In this document: one piece after another, positions 1-9,400 of the stretch
How positions within the stretch are numbered: the first letter of the stretch is position 1
Layout: each line of letters opens with the position of its first letter
Assembly (NCBI GenBank): GCA_047631715.1
Contig: JBLICC010000007.1
Location: 1 to 23,921, forward strand
Source: Alteromonas naphthalenivorans
Lineage (GTDB): Bacteria > Babelota > Babeliae > Babelales > CAIQNR01
DNA length: 23,921 nt
Direction of reading: 5' to 3'
Translations under genes and position numbers: made by a program
The notes under the pieces: model-generated
The model's database searches: none
Told to the model about the DNA's origin: nothing
Seen by the model: only the letters and a program-made list of their open reading frames with translations

Positions 1-1
1 A

Positions 2-415
2 AAAATAAAAATAAAAGTTCAAATTCCTGGGGGTTCTGCAACTCCGGCTGGTAAAATTGGTACTGCGCTTGGGCCACAGGGTGTTAATATAATGGATTTC
101 TGTAAGGCGTTTAATGCGCAAACAGCGCAACGTAAAGGTGAAACAGTCCCTGTTGTTATTACTGTTTATAAGAACAGGAAATTTGATTTTATCATTAAGA
201 CTGCGCCTACTTCAGAATTGATTAGAAAAAAATTAAATCTTTCAAAAGGTTCTTCTCGTCCCAATATTGATAAAGTAGGGAAGTTAAAGGAATCTGATAT
301 TGAAGAAATTGCTAAAGTAAAATTAGCCGATCTTAATGCGGCTGACTTGGAAGCTGCGAAAAAAGTGGTAAAAGGTACTGCGCGTAGTATGGGTGTAGAC
401 ATCATCGAAGACTGA
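2..415 (+). CDS. rplK: 50S ribosomal protein L11 (5'-truncated by window edge)
   Basis: Frame is open from nt 2 (KIKIKVQIPGGSATPAGKIGTALGPQGVNIMDFCKAFN...GTARSMGV). The ATG at 92 is internal. Lies directly upstream of rplA. Confidence 0.97.
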   Translation, partial: KIKIKVQIPGGSATPAGKIGTALGPQGVNIMDFCKAFNAQTAQRKGETVPVVITVYKNRKFDFIIKTAPTSELIRKKLNLSKGSSRPNIDKVGKLKESDIEEIAKVKLADLNAADLEAAKKVVKGTARSMGVDIIED

Positions 416-440
416 TGCGGGTTTTGTTAAGGAATAATGT

Positions 441-1133
441 ATGAAACATGGAAAAAAATATAGAAATGCTGTAGAAGGGCAAGAGCCTGGAACCCAGTTT
501 TCTTTGGATGATGCAATTGCGCGTACAAAAATTAAAACGTATGCAAAATTTGATGAAAGCGTTGATGTTGATGTTAACGTTGGAATTGATCCATCTAAGG
601 GTGATCAAGTAGTTAGAGGTTCAGTAATGTTACCACATGGAACAGGTAAAAAAGTTCGTGTGGTTGTTTTTGCTAAAGACAAACATGTCGACGAAGCAAA
701 AGCTGCAGGTGCTGATCATGTTGGGTTAGAAGATCTTATTGATAAAATAAACGCTGGATGGACAGATTTTGAGTATGCTGTTGCTACTCCTGATGTAATG
801 GGAGTTGTAGGTAAGCTTGCAAAAATTTTAGGTCCACGTGGTTTATTACCTAACAAAAAAATTGGAACAGTAACATTTGATGTTGCTCATATTATTAAAG
901 AGTTAAAAGGTGGACGAGTGTTCTTTAAGAACGATAAGAGTGCCATTGTTCATTTTTCTCTTGGAAAAGTTTCATTTGAAGAAAAAGCGCTTAAAGAAAA
1001 TGTTAGAGCATTTATAAAAGCTTTAATGTCTGCAAAGCCACCGTCTTCAAAAGGTAAATTTATAAAGAAACTTACAGTATCTTCATCCATGGGGGTGGGC
1101 TCAAGTGTTTTGGTTGACGAGTTAATTAAGTAA
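441..1133 (+). CDS. rplA: 50S ribosomal protein L1
   Basis: AKFDESVD, VRGSVMLPHGTGK and LGPRGLLPNKK motifs; AAGGA RBS; 230 aa. Confidence 0.98.
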   Translation: MKHGKKYRNAVEGQEPGTQFSLDDAIARTKIKTYAKFDESVDVDVNVGIDPSKGDQVVRGSVMLPHGTGKKVRVVVFAKDKHVDEAKAAGADHVGLEDLIDKINAGWTDFEYAVATPDVMGVVGKLAKILGPRGLLPNKKIGTVTFDVAHIIKELKGGRVFFKNDKSAIVHFSLGKVSFEEKALKENVRAFIKALMSAKPPSSKGKFIKKLTVSSSMGVGSSVLVDELIK

Positions 1134-1142
1134 GGTAGAAGC

Positions 1143-1667
1143 ATGAATAAATCGCAAAAAGAAGCCGTTGTTGCTTCTCTTAAAGAACAATTTTCGAAAA
1201 GTTCAGCTTCTTTCTTAGTAGGAGTTAAGGGACTGACAGTTGAGCAGTTAGAAAATTTAAGAAGTGAGCTTAGAAAAGAAGAAGGGCGTTTGCAAGTTGC
1301 AAAAGTTCGTCTTATGAAGCGTGCACTTCAAGATGTTGAGTCTGTACAGCATTTAGAATCTTATATGCAGGAGCAAGTAGGTCTTGTTTTTGCAAAAAAA
1401 GAGGTTCCTGGTGTTGCAAAGGTATTGTGTACACTTTCTAAGAAAATGGATGCTTTACGTGTTGTTGTTGGAACAATGGATGCGAATTTGCTAGATGAAT
1501 CTGCAATTAACATGATGGCAACGTTACCTTCTCGCGAAGTATTGTTGGCTCAAGTTGCACGAGGATTGCAAGCACCGTATGCAAATCTTACAAGTGTCTT
1601 GTATCAACTTATTGCACGTCTTGCATATGTTTTAAAGCAAGTAGAGCAGAAGAAGCAAAATAGTTAA
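1143..1667 (+). CDS. rplJ: 50S ribosomal protein L10
   Basis: KGLTVEQLENLRSELR and ATLPSREVLLAQV motifs; 174 aa; between rplA and rplL. Confidence 0.95.
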   Translation: MNKSQKEAVVASLKEQFSKSSASFLVGVKGLTVEQLENLRSELRKEEGRLQVAKVRLMKRALQDVESVQHLESYMQEQVGLVFAKKEVPGVAKVLCTLSKKMDALRVVVGTMDANLLDESAINMMATLPSREVLLAQVARGLQAPYANLTSVLYQLIARLAYVLKQVEQKKQNS

Positions 1668-1715
1668 AAAATATAGTTTTGAATAATAGTGGTTTAATTT
1701 TTTGGGAGCATATCC

Positions 1716-2102
1716 ATGTCCGGTAAATCGTACGAAAAGCTAATTGATCAAATTGGTGAAATGACAGTTTTAGAATTAGCAGAAATGGTAAAAGCGTTAG
1801 AAGATAAGTTCGGTGTTTCTGCAGCGCCAGTGGCGATGGCAGGATCAGCATCAGCAGGCGAAGCAGTAGCAGTGGCTGAAGAAAAATCAGAATATAAAGT
1901 AACTTTAACAGAAGCGGGATCAAACCCAGTAGTTAAAGTTATTAAAGCACTTCGTGAAGTTGTAAAAGACATTCCATTAGGTGAAGCTAAAAAAGCTGTT
2001 GTCGAAGCACCAACAGTTATTGCTGAAGCGGCATCTAAAGAAGATGCTAAAAAAATGAAGGAAGTATTAGAGGCTGCAGGAGCTAAGGTAGAATTGTCGT
2101 AA
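1716..2102 (+). CDS. rplL: 50S ribosomal protein L7/L12
   Basis: TVLELAEMVKALEDKFGVSAA, Ala-rich hinge, LEAAGAKVEL C-terminus; GGGAG RBS. Confidence 0.98.
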   Translation: MSGKSYEKLIDQIGEMTVLELAEMVKALEDKFGVSAAPVAMAGSASAGEAVAVAEEKSEYKVTLTEAGSNPVVKVIKALREVVKDIPLGEAKKAVVEAPTVIAEAASKEDAKKMKEVLEAAGAKVELS

Positions 2103-2166
2103 GACTGTTGCCTTGTAATGAAGCGAGTCGTTTATGGATGTACCGTTTTGTATAAGGAGCGGCTGA

Positions 2167-5100
2167 ATGAGTAGCCTGCAAGTAGGCACAGACACGATTA
2201 GAAAATCGTTTAATGATGCTAAAGACAATGTTCCTGTTCCCAATTTGATTGAAATTCAATCAAAATCTTTTAATGATTTTGTACAATTGGATTATCTTCC
2301 TTCAGAAAGACAAATTTTAGGTCTTGAAAAGGTTTTACAGGATATTTTTCCCATTGATTATAATGAAAAAATGTCTCTTGATTATATTAGTTATGAATTG
2401 GGCAGCTGGGCTTGTACATGTGGAAAATTAACCGGCATAGAAAATCGCTATGCATGGTATTGCCCTGTTACTAAAAAGTCGGGTACTTCTAGCCTTGTTA
2501 CTGATAAGTCCGCCCCCAAAACGGCACGCTATAAAACATGTCTTTCATGTTTGTCTCGTGTAACAATTCAACTTCCTATGGATGTTGATGAATGTCGTGC
2601 GAATGGACAAACATTTTCTCTTCCACTAAAAGTTAAAGTACAACTTATTTGTTGGGATGGAGAGGGAAAAGATCGTATTGTTCGTGATATTAAAGAGCAA
2701 GATATCTTTTTTGCAGATGTGCCAATCATGGCAGATATTCACGAAAAAGGTGATCGTTTACAACTAGGAACAGATGGCACGTTTTTAATCAATGGGATTG
2801 ATCGTGTTGTGGTGAGTCAGTTGCATCGTTCTCCTGGTGCGGTTTTTTCACAAAGTAAAAAAATAAAAGATGTTCGTGGTCGTCCTTATTATTTAGCTCG
2901 TATCATTCCAATGCGTGGTTCTTGGATGGATTTTGAGTTTGATAGTAGTGATAATTTGTATGTGCGTATTGATAAAAAGAAAAAAATACTTATTACTACG
3001 TTCTTACAAGCATTAGGTATTCCTAGAGAAGAAATTATATCTCATTTTTATCAATCAGAAAAAATGCATATTGCTAAAGGCAAATGCTATAGTTCTGTAG
3101 ATAATTCTTTGATTGGTCGTCGTATTGATCGTGGAATGATTCCTGAAAAACACGAAGCTGATTTTTTGGGTCATCGTATTGATAAGACTTTATTGTCAAA
3201 GCTTACATCATTAGGTGTTAAAAAGCTTTCTCTTGAAAAAGAAAATCTTATCAATCGTGTATTTGCTCAAGATTTAATCAATCCAGAAACAGGAGAAGTT
3301 CTTGCTGAGCAAGGTGAAACGTTAATTGATGAGTTGTATGCACAACTTCTTGATTACGATAAACTTTCGTTTGAACTTGTTAGTTCTTCTGGATATGTTT
3401 TTCAGCCAACATTGGCAACAACATTATTGCAAGATCAGTGTACTTCTCAAAATGAAGCACTTAAAGAATTGCATTCTAAAGTGTGGCCAGGCGATAACTC
3501 AACATTAGAAGAAGTTAAAGAACGTTTAGAAAACATGTTCTTTAATGCTCGTTTTTATGACCTTACTTCAGTTGGTCGTATTCGTCTTAATAGAAAATTA
3601 GGTCTTTCAATTCCAGAAGATGTTCGTGCGTTAACGCGTGAAGATATTGTTGGAACTATCAAATATTTACTTGGTTTGCGCGAACGTGCAGAAGGTGAAT
3701 TGGATGATATCGATCACTTAGGTAATAGACGGGTTCGTCTTGTAGGTGAACTATTAAGTAATCAGGTATATCTTGGATTCTTACGTATTGAACGTATTGT
3801 TCGAGAGCGTTTTAGAATGCAAGAAGCATACGGAACGCTTATGCCACAAGATTTACTTAATGTAAAACCATTAAGTGCGGTATTAAGAGAATTTTTTGGA
3901 ACAGGCCAATTGTCTCAATTTATGGATCAAACAAATCCATTGGCAGAGGTTGCGCATAAGCGTCGTCTTTCTGCTCTTGGACCCGGCGGTGTTATGAAAG
4001 ATCGTGCAACGTTCGAAATTCGTGACGTGCATACTTCTCATTACGGTCGCATTTGTCCTATTGAAACTCCTGAGGGTCAAACTATTGGTTTGATTTCTTC
4101 TCTTGCATCATATGCAATGGTGAATGATCTTGGATTTATTGAAACAGCATATCGTCCTGTAAAGAACGGTAAAATTCAAAAAGATGTTGTTTTCATGGAT
4201 GCCTTCCAAGAAAGTGGGAAATATATTGCACAAGCAGATGCAGTAAAAACAGGTAAAAATACAATTGAAGCTAAGCATGTTGTTGCTCGGCATGAAACTA
4301 ACTTTATGCCTGTTGATGCATCGCTCATTGATTATATTGATTTATCTCCTAAACAATTAGTATCTGTTTCTACAGCATTAATTCCATTTTTGGAACATGA
4401 TGATGCTTCTCGTGCTCTAATGGGTGCGAATATGCAACGTCAAGCTGTTCCTCTTATTAAAACACAGTCTCCTCTTGTTGGTACAGGTATGGAACGTGAG
4501 ATTGGTAAGTCTTCAAGTGTGTCTCTTACTGCTCGTCGAGATGGTGTAGTTGAATATGTTTCTGGAGATAGAATTATTATTAGTTCTAGCGAAAAAGAGT
4601 TTGGATCTGTAGAAGATTGGGCTGCTCGTGGTATTGATACATATCATCTAAAGAAATTTCAAAAATCTAGTATGAGTACGTGGATTCATCATGTTCCTAT
4701 TGTAAAAGCGGGTCAAAAAGTTCATACAGGAGATGTATTAACTAATGGTTCTGCAATGGATCACGGTGAGCTTGCTCTGGGTACAAATCTCTTGGTTGCG
4801 TTTATGCCTTGGCATGGATATAACTTTGAAGATGCTATTGTTCTTAATAAGCGTCTTGTGTCTGACGATGTTATGACATCAGTGACTATTGATGAATACA
4901 TGGCTGATGCGCGAGATACAAAACTTGGGCCAGAAGAAATTACACGGGATATTCCAAATGCAAGTGAGTCAGCACTTTCTGCATTAGATGAAGACGGTAT
5001 CATTAAGATTGGTTCACGTGTTAAACCCGGTGATGTTCTTGTTGGTAAAGTTACACTTAAAGGCGACATCCAGTATTCTCCAGAAGAAAAATTATTACGT

Positions 5101-6477
5101 GCTATTTTTGGAGAAAAATCTCGAGAAGTGCGTGATACGTCATTGCGTGTTCAACCTGGTGTAGAAGGTATGATTACCGATGTTAAGATTTTTTCTCGTA
5201 GCGGTATCAGAAAAGATAAACGTTATAAAGAAGAAGTTTTTAAAGAGGTAAAAAAATTAGAAGAACATTTTGCTCATCATACACAATTATTAGAAGTAAT
5301 GATTGCCGGAAAAATTGCAGATGTTGCTCATGGCAATAAACCTGCAGGAAAAGGTGGATCAGAATATCTTAGTAAGGGTGTGTTTGATAAAGCTAAATGT
5401 AAAGACTCTGATACTAAAAAAGTTATGAGCATTAAAGTTGCTGATAAAAAAGTATCAGAAGTTATTAAGCAAGTAATTACAGCTTTTGATACACAATTGC
5501 ATGTTTTGGCAAACTTGAAAGAAGAAAAAATTAATCGCTTAAAAAAGGGTGATCCTCTTCCTTCTGGTGTTATCAAAATGGTAAAAGTGTATATTGCTCA
5601 AAAACGTACTATTAAAGTAGGTGATAAAATAGCTGGTCGACATGGTAACAAAGGGGTTGTTTCTACCATTGTTCCTAGAGAAGATATGCCATATATGGAA
5701 GATGGAATTGCAGTTGATATTGTTCTAAATCCGATTGGTGTACCTGCTCGTATGAACGTTGGTCAAATTTTAGAAACTATTCTTGGTTTTGCTGGACGAG
5801 AAGCGGGTAAACAATTACAAGATATTATTGATACTAAAGGTCAAGACGAAGTTAATAAATTCTTGGCGCATCATTATGGTGCTGACCTTGTAAAAGACTT
5901 TGAAAAAAACTATGGTAAAGATGGTCTTAAGTCGCTTGCTCAAAGAACAGCAAAAGATGGTGTTAGATATGAAGTTCCAGTTTTTGAAGCACCAAAATTT
6001 GAAGAAGATATTAAGCCTATTCTGAAAGATTTAAATCTTCCAGAGAGTGCAACATACACATTGCGTGATGGTCGAACAGGACAATTATTTGATCAGCCTG
6101 TAACTGTAGGTACAATTTACATGATGAAATTGAACCATATGGCTGATGATAAATTGCATGCTCGTTCTGTTGGTCCTTATTCATTAGTGACTCAGCAACC
6201 GCTTGGTGGTAAAGCACAAATGGGTGGACAGCGTTTAGGTGAAATGGAAGTATGGGCACTTAAAGCACATGGTGCAGCATATACGTTGCAAGAAATGTTA
6301 ACATATAAATCTGATGATGTAACAGGAAGACATCGTGTATACGAGGCAATTGTAAGGAATGATAAAATTCCTGAGCCTGGTCTTCCAGAATCGTTCAACG
6401 TTTTGATTAAAGAATTGCAAAGTTTAGGGGTACAAGTGGATCTTTGTAAAGTGAGCAAGGAGGAAGTTAATGAATAA
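2167..6477 (+). CDS. rpoB: DNA-directed RNA polymerase subunit beta
   Basis: QLSQFMDQTNPL, GDKIAGRHGNKG and GGQRLGEMEVWAL motifs; AAGGAG RBS; 1436 aa. Confidence 0.99.
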   Translation: MSSLQVGTDTIRKSFNDAKDNVPVPNLIEIQSKSFNDFVQLDYLPSERQILGLEKVLQDIFPIDYNEKMSLDYISYELGSWACTCGKLTGIENRYAWYCPVTKKSGTSSLVTDKSAPKTARYKTCLSCLSRVTIQLPMDVDECRANGQTFSLPLKVKVQLICWDGEGKDRIVRDIKEQDIFFADVPIMADIHEKGDRLQLGTDGTFLINGIDRVVVSQLHRSPGAVFSQSKKIKDVRGRPYYLARIIPMRGSWMDFEFDSSDNLYVRIDKKKKILITTFLQALGIPREEIISHFYQSEKMHIAKGKCYSSVDNSLIGRRIDRGMIPEKHEADFLGHRIDKTLLSKLTSLGVKKLSLEKENLINRVFAQDLINPETGEVLAEQGETLIDELYAQLLDYDKLSFELVSSSGYVFQPTLATTLLQDQCTSQNEALKELHSKVWPGDNSTLEEVKERLENMFFNARFYDLTSVGRIRLNRKLGLSIPEDVRALTREDIVGTIKYLLGLRERAEGELDDIDHLGNRRVRLVGELLSNQVYLGFLRIERIVRERFRMQEAYGTLMPQDLLNVKPLSAVLREFFGTGQLSQFMDQTNPLAEVAHKRRLSALGPGGVMKDRATFEIRDVHTSHYGRICPIETPEGQTIGLISSLASYAMVNDLGFIETAYRPVKNGKIQKDVVFMDAFQESGKYIAQADAVKTGKNTIEAKHVVARHETNFMPVDASLIDYIDLSPKQLVSVSTALIPFLEHDDASRALMGANMQRQAVPLIKTQSPLVGTGMEREIGKSSSVSLTARRDGVVEYVSGDRIIISSSEKEFGSVEDWAARGIDTYHLKKFQKSSMSTWIHHVPIVKAGQKVHTGDVLTNGSAMDHGELALGTNLLVAFMPWHGYNFEDAIVLNKRLVSDDVMTSVTIDEYMADARDTKLGPEEITRDIPNASESALSALDEDGIIKIGSRVKPGDVLVGKVTLKGDIQYSPEEKLLRAIFGEKSREVRDTSLRVQPGVEGMITDVKIFSRSGIRKDKRYKEEVFKEVKKLEEHFAHHTQLLEVMIAGKIADVAHGNKPAGKGGSEYLSKGVFDKAKCKDSDTKKVMSIKVADKKVSEVIKQVITAFDTQLHVLANLKEEKINRLKKGDPLPSGVIKMVKVYIAQKRTIKVGDKIAGRHGNKGVVSTIVPREDMPYMEDGIAVDIVLNPIGVPARMNVGQILETILGFAGREAGKQLQDIIDTKGQDEVNKFLAHHYGADLVKDFEKNYGKDGLKSLAQRTAKDGVRYEVPVFEAPKFEEDIKPILKDLNLPESATYTLRDGRTGQLFDQPVTVGTIYMMKLNHMADDKLHARSVGPYSLVTQQPLGGKAQMGGQRLGEMEVWALKAHGAAYTLQEMLTYKSDDVTGRHRVYEAIVRNDKIPEPGLPESFNVLIKELQSLGVQVDLCKVSKEEVNE

Positions 6478-9400
6478 TCAAATGCTCGAACGCTTTAAAG
6501 AGTATATAAATGTTACTCAATTTAATGCCTTTCGTGTTGGATTAGCTTCTCCTGAAAAAATGAAATCGCTTTCTTATGGTGAAGTGAAAAAGATAGAAAC
6601 TATTAACTATCGAACACTTAAGCCAGAAAAAGATGGTTTGTTTTGTGCTCGTATTTTTGGTCCACAAAAAGATTGGGAATGTAACTGCGGTAAATACAAA
6701 CGTATGAAACATCGTGGTGTTACCTGTGAAAAATGTGGCGTTGAAGTAATTCAATCACGTGTTCGTCGTGAACGTATGGGACACGTTGAATTGGTTGCTC
6801 CGGTATGTCATATTTGGTATCTCAAGGGAATTCCAAGTTATCTTGGTCTTATTTTGGATATGCCAGTTAAAGAGCTTGAACGTGTTATCTATTTTGATAG
6901 CGTTGTAGTTTTAAACCAAGGTAATTCTCCTTATCCTCGAAAAACATTGCTTACAAGTTCTGAAATTGAACAGTATATGGATGCTCATCCAGAAGATCTT
7001 ATGTTTAAGGCAGAAAGTGGAGCTGAAGCAATTAAAGAATTACTTGCAGCTATCAATCTGCAAGAAGAAGTTGTGTTTCTAAAGGAAGCGTATAAAAAAA
7101 CAAATTCTGTTGCAACTCGTCATAAACTCATTCGTCGTATACGTACATTAACAAGTATGGCACAAGCTAATTTGCGACCAGAATGGATTATCATGGAGAT
7201 ACTTCCGGTATTGCCACCAGATCTTCGTCCATTGGTTGCACTTGAAGGTGGTCGTTTTGCAAGTTCTGATTTAAACGAATTGTATCGTCGTGTATTAAAT
7301 CGTAATATTCGTCTTCGTCGTTTGTTAGAAATTGAAGCTCCAGGCGTAATTATTAAAAATGAAAAACGTATGTTGCAGGAATCTGTAGATGCGCTCATTG
7401 ATAATGGTCGTCGTGGACAACCTGTACGTGGATCTAATAAACGTCCACTAAAATCTTTGAGCGAAATGCTTAGAGGTAAACAAGGGCGTTTCCGTCAAAA
7501 CTTATTGGGTAAACGTGTTGATTATTCTGGACGTTCAGTAATTGTTGTTGATCCAGAACTTAAGATTGATCAATGTGGATTGCCGAAGAAAATGGCTCTT
7601 GAAATTTTTAAATCATACGTTTATGGTGGCCTTCTTCAAAGAGAAATGGCTCCAAATCTTCGTGTTGCTAAAAAAATGGTAGAAGATAGCGTTCCAGAAG
7701 TATGGGATGTTCTTGAGGATGTAGTTAAAACACGTCCTGTTCTTTTAAACCGTGCTCCAACATTGCATAGATTAGGTATTCAGGCGTTTTGGCCGATATT
7801 GGTAGATGGTAAAGCAATTAAAATTCATCCATTGGTATGTTCTGCATTTAATGCGGATTTCGATGGTGATACTATGTCAGTTCATCTTCCATTAAGCGAC
7901 AAAGCGGTTAAAGAATCAGTAGAACTTGTTATGTCTTCTAAAAATATTCTTTCTCCTTCGAATGGTCAACCAGTTACGGTTCCTTCTCAAGATATGATTC
8001 TTGGGTTGCATTACATGTCAAAAGTGCGTTGTAATGTTCAGGGTGAAGGTATTATATTTTCAAGCGTTGCTGAAGTAATTACAGCTTTTCAATGTGAAAG
8101 AGTGAGTTTGCATGCGCGTATTAAAGTACGTTTTGGTGTAGACAGCATTGTTGAAACGACGGTTGGTCGAGTTTTACTATTTGATATTTTGCCAAAAGGT
8201 GCAGATTTTGACCTTATTAACAAAATATTACGTAAAAATGATTTGAAAAAATTAATTCAAGTTGTGTACGCAAAATTCCCTCGTAAAGAAGTAATTGAAT
8301 TTTTAGATAAAATTAAAAAGTATGGATTTTATTATTCTACAATGAGTGGTGCATCTTTTGGTATTGAAGAGCTTTTAAAGCCACACAATATGGATAAGAT
8401 TCTTAAAGATGGTGATAAAGAGATTAATAAAGTAGAAGCACTGTATCAAGATGGTGTTATTACAAATGGTGAGCGTAAGAATAAAGTCGTGAGTACTTGG
8501 TTCCGTGCTACATCTGAAATTACTAATCAAATGATCACTAGTTTTGAAGAACAAGATGAAATTGCTTACAGAAATAAAGATGGTAAAAATCAACCATTTA
8601 ATTCTGTTTATATGATTTTGGCATCGGGAGCAAAAGGTTCTAAAGCGCAAATTAAACAGCTTGTAGGTATGCGTGGTTTGATGTCTAAACCGTCAGGTGA
8701 AATTATTGAAACACCGGTTAGAACAAACTTTAGAGATGGTTTGAGTGTATTTGAGTACTTTATTTCTACTCATGGTGCACGTAAAGGTCAGGCTGATACG
8801 GCATTGAAAACTGCAAACTCTGGTTATTTAACACGTCGTCTTGTAGATGTTTCTCAAGATGTTGTGGTGAGTATTCAAGACTGTGGAACACTTGGTTATC
8901 GTACTATCTTAGATCTAAAAGAATCTGGTGATATTATTTATTCAGTAAATGAGCGCGTCTATGGACGTACATTGGCTGCAGATCTTAAAGATATGGTTAC
9001 TGGTGAAATTATTTGTAAGCAAGGACAAATTGTTGATCGTGCCATGGTTCAAAAAATTGGTAAATCAGCTGTTTCTCAGGTACTTGTACGTTCTGTATTA
9101 ATGTGTCAGGCAAAACGTGGTGTATGTGCTCAATGTTATGGTTTTGACTTAGCAAGAAGTCATATTGTTGATATTGGTGCAACGGTTGGTATTGTTGCTG
9201 CACAATCTATTGGTGAACCAGGAACACAGCTTACTATGAGAACCTTCCATATCGGGGGTACTGCGAGTGGTTCTGCAGCTCAGCCATTATGGAAATCAAA
9301 ACATGATGCTACGGTTGAATTGCGTGATATTTCTACAGTAATAAATAGAGATGGTGATCAGATTGTGTTGAGTCGTAGAGGAGAAATTTCTTTACGTTCT

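Noticed and set aside
92..415. ORF-track start of rplK at 92
   Set aside because: Internal Met; L11 homology continues to the window edge.
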